A stretch of 64,000 nucleotides of DNA from Octopus bimaculoides (Eukaryota), in assembly GCF_001194135.2 (NCBI RefSeq), contig NC_068981.1, positions 17,919,874-17,983,873 on the forward strand, given 5' to 3'. The notes beneath the pieces were generated by a model that saw only the letters and a list, made by a program, of their open reading frames with translations, did no database searches and was not told the DNA's origin. A program made the position numbers and the translations under genes. Of the stretch, positions 45,268 to 59,054 are shown piece after piece. Position 1 is the first letter of the stretch, and each line of letters opens with the position of its first letter.

Positions 45268-46136
45268 AATTATTTACCGAAAAAGGTTTTTTTCATACTG
45301 AGCTACCCGGCAGAATTGTTAATTATTAATTTTATTACTAAGTGATGATTCCCTGCCCTGCATATCTATCTATATATATATATATATATATTTATGTGTG
45401 TGTGTGGATGTTGATATTATAGTGCTTCGCTTGTCATAATCTGAATAAAACTACGAGAAGTTGTTTACATTGGGTTGGCAACAAGAGGCGCACCCACTGT
45501 GAAACCCTGCGTCGGATAATGTCCAGGTTTGCATGGAAAATAAACACTAAGAAAAAGTTGAAAAAAATTCATTGTTTAGAAGCTCTGTGTGTTTGCGTGT
45601 GCGCGCAGGTATGGCTGTATAATTAGAAACAGGTGAGGATTGGTGACAGGAAAGGTATAGGAGCCATGGAAATCTGTCTTTGCAAACTCTGTCCAACCCA
45701 TGCAAGCGCGGAAAAGTGCATTTTCAAAACGACAATGATGGTGTTCATTTATTCAACGCCTGTTTTCCTCGTTTGCTTACGTTGGAAGGGGAAGTAACTC
45801 GAGGCAGAATTTTACAGCCAGACTCCCTTTCTGTTCTTTATTTACAAGTAAGGGGTTTTATATATCTGTTTTTATCTTTTACTTACTTCAGCCACTGGAC
45901 TGCAGTCATGCTGGGTCACTACCTTGAAGGGCTTAGTCAGACAAATTAACCATAGTACTGATTGTTTTTTTAAAGTCTGATACTTATTCTGTTGGTCTCT
46001 ATTGGTCGATTACTAATTTATGGGGATGTAAACAAACCAGCACAAGTTGTCAAGCAGGGAGGACGAACACAGACACATTTATATGCACGCCCACACATAT
46101 ATACATACATGCATACTTATATATACATATATATAT

Positions 46137-46967
46137 CATCATCATCATCATCATCATCGTTTAACGTCCGCTTTCCATGCTAGCATGGGTTGGACTGTTT
46201 GACTGGGGACTGGTGAGCCACATGGCCGCATCAGGCTCCAATCTGATCTGGCAGAGTTTCTACAGCTGGATGCACTTCCTAACGCCAACCACTCAGAGAG
46301 TGTAGTGGGTGCTTTTACGTGCCACCAGCACGAGGGCCAGTCAGGCAGTACTGGTAATGGCCACGCTCAAATAGTGTTTTTTCGTGTCACCTGTACAGGA
46401 GCCAGTCCAGTGGCACTGGCAACGACCTTGCTCAAATGCTGTTTTTCATGTACCACCGGCATGGGGGGCAGTCAGCGGCCCTGGCAACGATCATGCTTGG
46501 ATGGTGCACAGATGCCAGTCATGCGGTGCTGTCATTGGAAATGTGCTGTGCGTGAGAAGACCCGGCAAGCCAAGTGAGATCGTTGCCAGTGCCCCTGGAC
46601 TGGCTCTTGTGCGGGTGGCACATAAGATGTACCATCCTGAGCGTGACCGTTGCCAGTACCGCCTGACTGGCCTTGTAGGGTTTTCGAGCGAGATCGTTGC
46701 CAGTGCCCCTGGACTGGCTCTTGTGCGGGTGGCACATAAAAGACACCATTTTGAGCGTGGCCGTTTTCGTGCGGGTGACACGTAAAAGCACCCACTACAC
46801 TCTCTGAGTGGTTGGCGTTAGGAAGGGCATCCAGCTGTAGAAACTCTGCCAAATTAGATTGGAGCCTGGTGTAGCCATCCGATTGCACCAGTCCTCAGTC
46901 AAATCGTCCAACCCATGCTAGCATGGAAAGCGGACGTTAAACAATGATGACGATGATGATGATGATA
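46137..46967. mobile_element. Head-to-head pair of RTE 3' ends
   Basis: - copy ~46137-46540 abuts + copy ~46541-46967. Confidence 0.8.
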
Positions 46968-46984
46968 CGAACGTTGACTCTTAC

Positions 46985-47398
46985 GAAGGCAAAGTGACTG
47001 AGGACCTTCGAGCATTGGGCCTGACAGAGGCAAAGTGGCTGAGTTCCTCTTGAGTGTTGGGCCTTACGGAGGCGAGATGCCTGAGTTCCTTTTGTGTGAG
47101 CATCACAGATGCAATGACCAAGACCTTTGGCATTATGTCGTGCTTGAGGAAACCCATCAAGCCGAGCAAAATTGCAGTCGTGGCAGATACCGGTGTCACA
47201 CAAATGGCACTCTTTGCTGGTGACTCGTAAAAGCACCCATTACACTCTCAGAGTGGTTGGCATAAGGAAGGGCATCCAGCCGTAGAAAACCACACCAAAT
47301 CAGACTGGATCCTGGCACAGCCTTCCAGCTTACCAGCCCAGTCAAACCGTCCAACCCATGCCAGCATGGACGTTGGATGTTAAATGATGACGATGACA
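46985..47398 (+). mobile_element. RTE ORF2-end/3'UTR fragment with local tandem duplications
   Basis: Repeated ttgggcct.ac.gaggca units, then tail. Confidence 0.75.
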
Positions 47399-47751
47399 TA
47401 TATGTATATGCTGGTGCCATGTAAAATCACCCGGTACACTCTGTAAATTGGTTGGTATTAGGAAGGGCATATAGCTGTAGAAACCATGCCAAAACAGGTA
47501 ACTGGAATGTGGTGCATTTCTCTGGTTTGCCAGCTCCTGTCAAACTGTCCAACCCATGGACGTTTAATGATGATGATGATGGCGATGACAAACTTCTATA
47601 CAGTTTCTGTCTTTCAAATTTACTCACAGAATTGGTTGGCCTGGAGTTAAAGTAAAAGACATTTTCTCAAGGTTCTGTGCTGTGGGAATGACCCTGAAAT
47701 TGCATGGCTGCAAGGTGAAATTCTTAACCACATAGCTATACCGGCACTAAC

Positions 47752-47785
<34 letters not shown>

Positions 47786-47801
47786 CTAAGTTTCTATTTA
47801 A

Positions 47802-48023
47802 CCCTTTAGCATTTAAATGGCCATATTTGGTCAAAATATTCTACCTTTTTTATGTTCAAACTGGCCAGATCTGGCCTCTCACATCTACCCTAAAATGTCA
47901 TTCTAAAAATATACAATCACATCATTGAAATCTCAAAGCTACAAGATCATGCATAATTAATCTGAGACAATGGGAACAATAAATAAGCAGAACATTTGAC
48001 AGAGTAATCTGAATGCTAAAAGG
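47802..48023. mobile_element. piggyBac-like MITE
   Basis: TTAA|CCCTTTAGCATT ... AATGCTAAAAGG|TTAA. Confidence 0.8.
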
Positions 48024-48612
48024 TTAAGTTTGTGAAAGCAATATTAAGAATAATAGCAAAACATTTACTGATGAAGAAACTCAATACTGATGGGAGAGTT
48101 AAATGTATTTTAACAATCAATTTGACTGTTGAAGAAGCTGGCAGGTGAAACTTAGTCTCAATCAAAATGAATTCTATTATACATTCTCATTGTTTTAATA
48201 CCCACCTTTACATGCTCATAGGGATCAATCAGTCAGAAAAAACTTTGCTGTAGCAGATATTTTTGTGACCAGCTACTCTTTCTGTTGTTGCCAGCTCCCA
48301 CCTATTTTCAAATAATATAATATTCCCTCAGTCCTTCAAACAACGAACAACTTATCTTTCCTCTCATCACCCATATTGTGCATTCTTCACCAGACTCTGC
48401 ACTGATTGCTAGGCTCAGTCTTGCCTTCTCAGAATGTTGTACTGCTGCAGTTTTCTCATTGTCCATGTTTTTCCTGTAGCAGTCAACTTGCAATTTCTGA
48501 GAGGAGCAACTGCCCCTGTCTCTAGCCCCTACAGCTGTTTCTGAGAGGAGCAACTGCATTGGTCTTGGTGGGTCAGCAAAAGTACAGCCTCTTACTTTAG
48601 ACCAAAGCCACG

Positions 48613-48665
<53 letters not shown>

Positions 48666-49762
48666 TATGTGTAGAATATAAAGCAGAAATTTCACAGGTA
48701 GATCATAATTTACTTTTAATAGCTATCTCATTAAGAATAAACATCAATTCTATAAATATATAATTAAGATACATCATGATGAATTAATTTAAAGTAATAT
48801 TTATCCCAAATCATCAAGAATATTGTAATCATTGCTTGTTATAAATCCACTGAATTTACTGCCATGTTATAATGTTAATGACCGGTTATTAATTTGGCTC
48901 TTAATTATTGTGGATATATATTATTTTTGATGTTTTATTCATCATCTCTTTTTATAGGTATATATAATGTATGTGGAGGCATGTGGTGAGTAGTTAGAGG
49001 TGTTGGACTCCTGATTGTAAGATTGGAGTTTCAATCCCTGCTCAGGGCAACACACTGTGCTTTTGAGCAAAACACTTCATTTCACCTTGGTCCAGTTTAC
49101 TCAAATGGCAAAAGTGTTCTACAACAAGTTGTTAAGATCACACTGCCTCTCCAGATTATCCACCTCTTCCTCCTTTTCCTTCTCTCTGGACTTTTTCCTC
49201 TTTCTAACAAAGATCTATGCTTGAAATGTCATTTCTACTCCTATTTTTCAGTCTAAAACTTTCACTGAGCATTAATCTAATTTACTCACTGTGTATGTCC
49301 AATCGACTTTTGTTGTTTCTTCCCTGCATTATTGTTTTTGTTCTTGGATTTACATACATACATTATTTACATACATACATTATTTACATACATACATTAC
49401 ACACACACACACGTAGTGAGAATCAATGTTAACTCCAAACTTGTTTATTGTAAGAGATATGGTTTGTATGATGTAACTGTAGTAAAATCTACAATTTACC
49501 CACTTGCTCAGTTGTATGACAGGCCAGTACCTTGGAAGAGAATTTTGAGCTGTGTAAATATAAGAGGAGGTATAGGAGGCGGGGTGAGGGTCCAAAATTT
49601 CATCTTTAAAAAATCTTTAATCTTGGGTGGTTTTTATTGTTTAGCTTCTGATTGACCATAAACATACAGAAGTATGATTGAAGGCATTCCAGTTTTACAC
49701 ATCACGTTTTTTTAGTGATATCTAGGATTCCTATTTCATCTGCTGTGTCAATTTCTCTTTTA

Positions 49763-50972
49763 CTCTTTTACTTGTTTCAGTCATTTGACTGTGGCCATGC
49801 TGGAGCACCGCCTTTAGTCAAGCAAATCGACCCCAGGACTTATTCTTTGTAAGCCTAGTACTTATTCTATCGGTCTCTATTGCCGAACCGATAAGTTACG
49901 GGGACATAAACACACCAGCATCGGTTGTCAAGCGATGTTGAGGGACAAACACAGACGCACAAATATATACACACACATGCATATATATATATATATATAT
50001 ATATAATTATGTGTATTTCTTCTATCTTAATGAATAAAAATTCTTCTGATAGAATAAATGGGTCAATAGAAACCAATGTAGCAAAGAACACNNNNNNNNN
50101 NNNNNNNNNNNNNNNNNNNNNNNNNNNNNNNNNNNNNNNNNNNNNNNNNNNNNNNNNNNNNNNNNNNNNNNNNNNNNNNNNNNNNNNNNNNNNNNNNNNN
50201 NNNNNNNNNNNNNNNNNNNNNNNNNNNNNNNNNNNNNNNNNNNNNNNNNNNNNNNNNNNNNNNNNNNNNNNNNNNNNNNNNNNNNNNNNNNNNNNNNNNN
50301 NNNNNNNNNNNNNNNNNNNNNNNNNNNNNNNNNNNNNNNNNNNNNNNNNNNNNNNNNNNNNNNNNNNNNNNNNNNNNNNNNNNNNNNNNNNNNNNNNNNN
50401 NNNNNNNNNNNNNNNNNNNNNNNNNNNNNNNNNNNNNNNNNNNNNNNNNNNNNNNNNNNNNNNNNNNNNNNNNNNNNNNNNNNNNNNNNNNNNNNNNNNN
50501 NNNNNNNNNNNNNNNNNNNNNNNNNNNNNNNNNNNNNNNNNNNNNNNNNNNNNNNNNNNNNNNNNNNNNNNNNNNNNNNNNNNNNNNNNNNNNNNNNNNN
50601 NNNNNNNNNNNNNNNNNNNNNNNNNNNNNNNNNNNNNNNNNNNNNNNNNNNNNNNNNNNNNNNNNNNNNNNNNNNNNNNNNNNNNNNNNNNNNNNNNNNN
50701 NNNNNNNNNNNNNNNNNNNNNNNNNNNNNNNNNNNNNNNNNNNNNNNNNNNNNNNNNNNNNNNNNNNNNNNNNNNNNNNNNNNNNNNNNNNNNNNNNNNN
50801 NNNNNNNNNNNNNNNNNNNNNNNNNNNNNNNNNNNNNNNNNNNNNNNNNNNNNNNNNNNNNNNCCTGAGGCTATAGTAGAAGACACTTGCCCAAGGTGCT
50901 ACGCAGTGGGATTGAACCTGGAACCATGTGGTTGGTAAGCAAGCTACTTACCACACAGCCACTCCTATGCCT
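49763..50972 (-). mobile_element. SINE family A halves on either side of a gap
   Basis: Tail half 49763-49975, head half 50864-50972. Confidence 0.75.
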
Positions 50973-51218
50973 AATTAATGATTTGAAGAAGACTTAGCTT
51001 TTTTTTCTGTAACAACAATGTAGAACAGGGTTGGAGAAACCTTTGTAGTATCAGAGGTAAATTGGGAGTTTGTAAGAATCGGAGCTATTATATCTGCACT
51101 GAGAAAAATAATGAATCATTATGTTTACAAATCCATTGGTCTATAACTTATTTTCAGTTACTGTTTTGGCCTTAAGGATTGGTCTTCCCTCTGTACCTGA
51201 TATAAAGGTTCCTTCGGC

Positions 51219-51556
51219 CATTGCTAGTACCGCCTGACTGGCCTTTGTAGGATTTTCGAGCGAGATTGTTGCCAGTGTCCCTGGACTGGCTCTTGTGCGG
51301 GTGGCACATAAAATACACCATTTTGAGCGTGGCCGTTGCCAGTACCGCCTGACTGGCCTTAGTGCCGGCGGCACGTAAAAGCACCCACTACACTCTCTGA
51401 GTGGTTGGCGTTAGGAAGGGCATCCAGCTGTAGAAACTCTGCCAAATCAGATTGGAGCCTGGTGTTGCCATCCGGTTTCACCAGTCCTCAGTCAAATCGT
51501 CCAACCCATGCTAGCATGGAAAGCGGACGTTAAACGATGATGATGATGATGATGAT
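51219..51556 (+). mobile_element. RTE 3'UTR fragment
   Basis: Hairpin units + (GAT)n; shares subfamily units with 46590-46790. Confidence 0.85.
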
Positions 51557-52573
51557 TAACTAACGTGTCTTAAGCTTACATGTATTCAGGATTTTTGAGA
51601 CAGGTAAACTACCCACCTCGTATGATTTTGTACTGTTGGCTGGTTCTTCACAAAGCTATGTTATAATTGCTGTAATATTGTGAGGTCCTTCTTTTGACCA
51701 GTGTCATGACTACACTAACATAACAAGGTTTACGTAATTAATGGTTGTCTGTAAAAAGTAAGAAATCAATAAAATCAGTCACTATGATTGGTCAAAGGTG
51801 ATCCTTTTCTGATTAATAACAGTCCTTTGAGAGACGATGGTCAAATACCTTACAGTACAATATATGTCATCAGGTGCCATTTATCCACTTGAGGACTTTA
51901 ATGAAATCTCAAGAGGCCATTTGAAGTTTGAACAAAGAATGATGACTGTCTTATCAAAGAAATACTTCATCATAGGTTGATAATGATGTAAGAATTCTTG
52001 AGAGAGTATGGAATGGAATGGGGAAGTAAACCATTATACCTTCATACCTCTTACTACCACTTCTACCACCGAAACTGAGAATGTTGTTGTTATGTGTAAC
52101 TTATATGTATGGAAATCCGTATATGGTGTATGAATATAACAATAAACTGTATTGAGAGAAACCAGGAGCTTTAAAATAAAAAAAATAAAATGGGGAAAAG
52201 TGTTATCTACTAAAAAAATACTAAATTATTCTTAAAACATTGGAACCTATGTTACTGAGTTCTGCAGGAAATTATTAAAGCGGTGTTTATGGAAAAAAAA
52301 AACAAAACATATTTATAATAAAAATATTCCAATGCATTGTTTAAATTGTTTGTTTATTTCAAAGTTGAATGCTTTGAATAGAGAAGAATGGATTTTTACT
52401 TGTTGATTTTTGTTCTAAAGAGTTGATCATTGTTGTTTAGCTTCAGTTCTGACCTGATCAAGTAGTTTTACGATCAAAAGCATTCCAGCTGTACCACCCC
52501 TGGCTCATCCTACATTTTTTCAAGACAGCATGATGTGATTGAGAAGAGCGAAATTTGACTGCTATTTTTAAGA

Positions 52574-52803
52574 GCATCGATTGTCAAGTGATGTTGGGGG
52601 GACAAACACACACACACATATATATACATAAACATATATACGACGTGCTTCTTTCAGTTTCTGTCTACCAAATCCACTCAAGGCTTTGGTCGGCCCGAGG
52701 CTATAGTAGAAGACACTTGCCCAAGGTGCCATGCAGTGGTAATGAACCCAGAACCATGTGGTTGGTAAGCAAGCTACTCACCACACAGCCACTCCTGCGC
52801 CTA
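52574..52803 (-). mobile_element. SINE family A, 5' half
   Basis: Consensus match. Confidence 0.8.
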
Positions 52804-53779
52804 TAAATTATATCAATTTGTTGAGATACTCATGAAGACCTGTTCTTCACAGCAGAAATGTCAAAGCCATTCTTCCTGGTGAAGAGGATTGGCTTACAAG
52901 AGTCTTGCATCAGTGCCACATAAGAGGCACCCATGCTGGCGCTACATAAAAAGCAATCATACAGGTGGCACATAAAACCACTCATGTGGTACCATGTTAA
53001 AAGTACCCAGCAAGCACACATTGTAATAAAAGTGGTTGGCGTTAGGAAGGGCATCCGGCTGTAGAAACCAAGCCAAATCAGACTGGAGTCTGCTACAACT
53101 CTCCAGTTTACCAACTCTAGTGAAAACCATCCAACTCCTGCCAGCATGGAAAATGAATGTTAAATGAAGATGACGATGAAACTTTTGCAACAAAATCTTA
53201 TATGGATCCCCAAAGGTTTGAGAACCACTGATGTAGAAGGTCCTTTGTGCCCTTGACCTTGTACAATTGCAGCTACAATTGGGGCCAGTGTGTAAGTATA
53301 ATCATTGGAGAAAACAATGGTTAATGTATGACTCACAGTATTCCCTTAGCTGTAGGTCTGTATTCTAATACTAAAAAAATAGGCCAAGATGAACATCTAA
53401 AGGCATTATTTGGGTTAATGAATTTTCTGCCTTTATCTGTCATACATTGGCTGATTAGCAATACTAATTGTTTTCCTCATGAAATAAATACAATGTTAGC
53501 AACTGTTTATTGTGAGTAATTACCATTCTTAAATTCTGCTAGGTCTGCATTACTGGGAGAGGCTTTCAGTTTGGTGCAATATTCTGTCACATGATTCAAT
53601 GTTTATAGGATGGTGATAGTATTGGTGCTGTTGTTGTTGTTGATAGTCAAGGCATTAGAGGATGTGGTTGTATTTTAGAAACGATGGCGAAGGTGGTAAT
53701 GATTGTTATGGAGCTGTTGGAGGTGAAGGTGGAGGCGCTTGTAAATCATGACATTGATGAGGATTAAGATAGCTGTGGT

Positions 53780-53935
53780 GGTGATGATGGAGGTGGTGGT
53801 GATGAGGTGGTGGTGGTGGTGGTGGTGGTGGTGGTAGCTGAAGTATGATGGTGATGGCGGGGGTGNNNNNNNNNNTGGTGGTGGTGGTGGTGGTGGTGGT
53901 GGTAGCTGAAGTATGATGGTGATGGCGGGGTGATA
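53780..53935. repeat. (GGT)n/(GAT) trinucleotide repeat block with small gap
   Basis: Direct reading. Confidence 0.9.
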
Positions 53936-54099
53936 GTGATGATGGCATTACTAGTGGCATTGGTGGAGGCAACAATGGCTATGGTGGTTGTAGTGGTAGC
54001 AGTAATGATGGTGGTGGTTGTGGTGTAAAATGGTTGTAATATTTATTTCAGTGGTGATTGCCACATTAATGACAGTGATATTTTGGAAGACAACAATAG

Positions 54100-54148
<49 letters not shown>

Positions 54149-54377
54149 ATTTCTTTTCAGTAATTAGTGTTGTGCTAATTAAGACACTATTTTTTTACTA
54201 AAGCAGGGCAAAGTCAAAGCGCCTAACTAACTGTCTTAAAGCATTTAATGTTAGTCCCCTCAAGCCTGAGTTCAGATTCTGCTTTTTTGTCAACTTCACT
54301 TTTAATAATCACCCTTGAACCCAATGGAATAACCACCAGCAATATTCTTTTATTCTTTTATTCTTTTATTCTTTTAT

Positions 54378-54761
54378 TCCTTTACTTGTTTCAGTCATCT
54401 GACTGTGGCCATACTGGAACACTGCCTTTAGTTGAACAAATCGACCCCAGGACTTATTCTTTATAAGCTTAGTACTTACTCTATTCAACTCTTTTACCGA
54501 ACTGTGAAGTTACCGGGGATATAAACACACCAAATCGGTTGTCAAACACAGATACACAAATACACACATACACACATATATACATATATATATATACGAT
54601 GGGCTTCTTTCAGTTCCTGTCTACCAAATTCACTCACAAGGCTTTGGTCAGCCTGAGGCTATAGTAGAAGAAACTTGTTCAAGGTGCCATGCAGTGGGAC
54701 TGAACCTGGAACAATGTGGTTGGGAAACAAGCTTCTTACCACACAGCCACTCTTATGCCTA
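54378..54761 (-). mobile_element. SINE family A
   Basis: Full-length. Confidence 0.85.
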
Positions 54762-54919
54762 TGAAGTTTATTAAACTATCTGTGCCTTCCACTACAAGAT
54801 AATTGACTCTGAAGCTGAATGGCTAAAAATTTTGCTTTGTATTCCTGAGATTCCATGTTCAATCCCAAAGAAGGTTGAAGGCTATTGCTTGTATATGAAT
54901 TCTGCCAAATGTGAGCTTT

Positions 54920-57900
54920 CTTTTCAGGTACATGATGCTGCTGTCCACCCATCCCAGGGTTTCACGGGCCCAAACCTCCCACATCCTCAGGGTTGGCTCA
55001 CTCAACGTGAGCACATTGAAAGGTAGGTCTGGTGCGATTGTTGAGATGCTTGAACGGAGATGTGTAGATTTGTGCTGCATCCAAGAAGTAAGGTGGAGGG
55101 GAGATTACGCTAGGTTCCTCACAGGCAAAGAACATAGGTGCTAGATTATCTGGGCAGGGAACACAGATGGAGTCGGGGGTATGGGTATACTTCTTGCAGA
55201 GAAATAGGTTGATAAGGTAATTAAGGTAGTCAAAGTCTGTGATAGAATACTTAAGATTAGATTAGTGCTACATCATGGGTTAGCAACCATTATCTTGGCC
55301 TCTGCCCCTCAGCCAGGGCTACCTGATGGACAGAAAGACCGATTTTATGACACCCTCTTGCAGACTACCTCATTGACGAATGACAGAGACCTTCTCTTTG
55401 TGGCTGGTGACTTCAATGGACATGTTGGACAACATACAGGGGGCTTCCATGGCATACATGGATGCTACGGTTTTGGTTCCCACAATGAGGAGGGAACCAG
55501 GCTGCTGGAGTTCTGTGATGCAAATGACCTTATGGTTTGCAATACTAACTTCCCTTCTGGCAGGCACACTAACCAAATTGACTACATCCTCGCCAGGAAA
55601 AGGGAAAGATGGCTGCTTATAAATGGCAAAACCTTCCCAGGTGAAAAATGTACCCTGCAACATAGACAAGTTGTTAACGACTTCAAGATCAGGGCTAAAT
55701 GGATGCCCAGAAGACAACCAGCATAGAGGAGAAGGGTCTGGCAGCTTAAAAATCCTGCGAATGGACAGAGATTTAGAGATGTATCACTCGAAGGTTTTGG
55801 CGAAATAGAAGGGGATATAGCATCACATGATGTGGAAGACAACTGGAGCTGTCTATGGGACAACCTGCTGAGGGCCACTGACCAGATCTGTAGATGGTGC
55901 AAAGTCCCCTCTTGACCCAAAATAACGTGGTGGTGGAACGATGTTGTTGACAGGGCCATATTAGGGAAAAGAAACAGACATGGAAGGACTGGAAGAATGG
56001 TGGTAGCAGGGAATTGTATCAGATTGCCAGAAGGGAAGCTAAGAGACAGGTTTATTTAGCCAGCTGTTCCCAGCTGGCTAAATAAACCTGGCTAAATAAG
56101 AAAAAATTTGCCAATGTTCTGGGCCATGAGGAACAAAAACTTGAGGTATTTCGTGTTGCAAGACTGTGTGAGAGAGAATCGTGATGTCATAGGAGAGAAA
56201 TGTGTCTGCATGGATGATGGCTCACTTGCATTAAACGAGGCTGCAAAGAGAGAGGTTTGGAGAAGCCACTATGAAAGGTTGCTCAATAAAGAGAATGAAT
56301 GGGAGAAAGAGTGTCTGTCAAATATCGACTCAACAGAGGGACTAGCTATCCAAATTGACAGTACCTTAGTAGATAAAGCAATTAAGGGTATGAAGACAGG
56401 GAAAGCCCCCAGCCCATCAGGGACCACCGCAGAGATGCTCAAAATATCTGGTGGTGTTGGCTATAGCCTAGTCACCCATATAGTCAACCAAATGATACAT
56501 GAAGGAGTCATACCCAATGACTGGTGTAGCAACACCATAGTCAACTGCTACGAAGGTAAAGGTGACACTTTAGATACAAATAATTACAGAGGTATCAAGC
56601 TTTTAGATCAGGTAATGAAAGTCACGGGGAGGGTCATAGCTCAACTGCTTAGGGAGCGAGTCAGTTTAGATGAGATGCAGTTTGGGTTCGTGCCTGGGAA
56701 AAGCACCACTGATGCTATATTTCTGGTAAGACAGCTTCAGGAGAAATACCTAGCCAAAGATAAACCTCTGTACCTGGCTTTCATTGACATGGAGAAAGCC
56801 TTTGACAGGGTCCCCTGTCCCCTTATCTGGTGGTCAATGAGAAAACTAGGGATATATGAATGGTTAGTGAGAGCTGTGCAAGCCATGTATAGGGATGCTG
56901 TCAGCAAGGTGAGGGTTGGCAACGAGTACAGTGAAGAATTCTGAGTAGGGGTAGCGGTCCACCAAGGATCAGTCCTCAGCCCCCTTTTATTCATTATAGT
57001 TCTCCAGGCAATAACAGGAATTCAAGATAGGATGCCCCTGGGAGCTCCTCTATGCTGATGACCTTGCACTAATTGCTGAATCACTACTAGAACTAGATGA
57101 AAAGTTTTAGGTGTAGAAGCAAGGATTAGAATCGAGGGGCCTTAGAGTCAACCTAGCTAAAACCAAACTCTCAATAAGTAGGAAGGCAGACAAACCACAG
57201 ATCCCTTCAGGTAGATGGCCCTGATCAATCTGCAGAAAAGGTGTAGATAGAAACTCCATAAGATGTACCCAGTGTAAGCTATGGACACATAAGAGGTGCA
57301 GCAATATCAAAGGAAGGCTAACTAGGAAGTTATTTTTAGTATGTGGCAAATGCTCAGGAGTAATAAACACAGAAAATGTGCAGAGAACAGCTTCTGCCAC
57401 ATTCCAGGGAGAAAAACTACAAGTAGTTGATAGCTTCCATTACCTAGGTGACCAAGTCAGTAACGGGGGTGGATTCTCTGAAAGTGTAGAATAAGAATAG
57501 CCTGGGCAAAGTTCAGAGAGCTCCTACCTTTGCTCAGAGTAAAAGTTAGACTGTATGATGCATGTGCACAAACAGCCATGCTACATGGCAGTGAAACATG
57601 GGCCGTGACTGCAGAGGACATGCGTAAGTTTGCAAGGAATGACGCCAGTATGCTCCACTGGATGTGTAATGTCAGTGTGCATACACAACAGAGTGTAAGC
57701 GCCCTGAGAGAAAAGTTGGACTTAAGAAGCATCAGATGTGATGTGCAAGAGAGACAACTGCACTGGTATGGTCATATGTTGTGAATGGATGAGAACAGCT
57801 GTGTGAAAAAGTTTCACACCCTAGCAGTTGAGGGAACCTGTGAAAGAGGTAGACCCAGGAAGACCTGGGATGAGGTGGTGAAGCATGACCTTTGAACATT

Positions 57901-58390
57901 GGGCCTCACCAAGACAATAACTAGTGACCAAGACCTTTGGAGATATGCTGTGCTTGAGAAGATCCAGCAAGCCAAGTGAGACTATAACCCATGGCCTATG
58001 TCAGTGGTGTAACGAGCCTACTTATGAGTACCCTTCATTCATTGGACAATAAACCAAAGACAGTACTGCCTGATTGGCACTCGTGTTAGTGGAACGTTAA
58101 AAGCACAATCCAAGCATGATCGTTGCCAGGGTCACTGACTGGCTCCCGTGCCGGTGGCATGTAAAAAGCAACATTCGAGCATGATCATTGCTAGCGTTGC
58201 GTTACTGGCACATGTGCTGGTGGCACGTGAAAAACAGCATTCCAGCATGGTCATTGCCAGTGCCGCTGGACTGGCTCCCGTGCAGGTGGCACGTAAAAAA
58301 CACCTTTTGAGTGTGGTCGTTACCAGTATCGCCTGTCTGGCCCTCGTGCCGGTGGCATGTAAAAGCACCCACTACACTCTCGGAGTGGTT
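54920..58390 (+). mobile_element. Near-full-length decayed RTE-clade LINE (APE endonuclease + RT) with hairpin-array 3'UTR
   Basis: RVGSLNVSTLKG...LCCIQEVRWRG and VAGDFNGH (APE); NNYRGIKLL, QFGFVPGKST, FIDMEKAFDRV, and YADD at 57051-57062 (RT); many stops and frameshifts; ORF2 end ...AK* at 57979. Confidence 0.95.
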
Positions 58391-58519
58391 GACTTTGCCT
58401 TTCATCCTTTCGTGGTTGATAAATTAAGTACCAGTTATGCACTGGGGTCGGTCTAATCGACTTAATCTNNNNNNNNNNTGTCCCCTCTGGGTGTAGCCCC
58501 TTGTGGGTAGTAAAGAAAT

Positions 58520-58718
58520 AAGAAATGTTAGCATACTGGGCGAAATGCTTAGCGGTATTTCATTTGTCTTTACATGTAAGTTCAAATTCCACCAAGGTTG
58601 ACTTTGCCTTTCATCCTTTTGGGGGTCGATAAATTAAGTACCAGTTGCATACTGGGTCGATCTAATCGACTGGCCCCCTCCCCCAAAATTTCGAGCCTTG
58701 TACCTAGAGTAGAAAAGA
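58520..58718 (+). mobile_element. SINE family B
   Basis: Consensus match. Confidence 0.8.
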
Positions 58719-59054
58719 ATATACTGTTGTTATGGTATGCTACATAATGTTGTTATAATAGGCAACATGCAGTTGTTATGGTAATCTATATGAAATTGTG
58801 TTAGTAGGAAATATGAAGCTGTTACACTAGACACTAAGTTGTTATGATAGACAATATGGCTTTGTTATGGTATGCTTTATGAGGTTGCTACAGGAGCCAA
58901 TGTAGTTGCTATCATAGGTGATATAGTATGATGATTGGTAACACGATGTTGTTCTAGTAGACAACATGAAGCTGTTACAGTCGGCAATATGGTTCGTTAT
59001 GATATGCAACATAAGGTTGTTATTGCAGGCTTTCCCTTGCTCTGTTTCTCTATG

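Noticed and set aside
48494-48557. 20-bp direct repeat TTTCTGAGAGGAGCAACTGC with a 24-bp spacer (CRISPR-like look) within ORF 48308-48661
   Set aside because: Only two copies, eukaryotic context, no cas genes. It is a simple local duplication, and the ORF starts in a microsatellite and has no recognisable motif.
51820-52150. Exon-like unique sequence with AATAAA at 52141
   Set aside because: All frames are short on both strands and no coherent splice pair was found.
53800-53935. Sequence duplicated on both sides of 10-N gaps (also 58388-58470 versus 58595-58670)
   Set aside because: Typical scaffolding overlap artefact or adjacent SINE copies.
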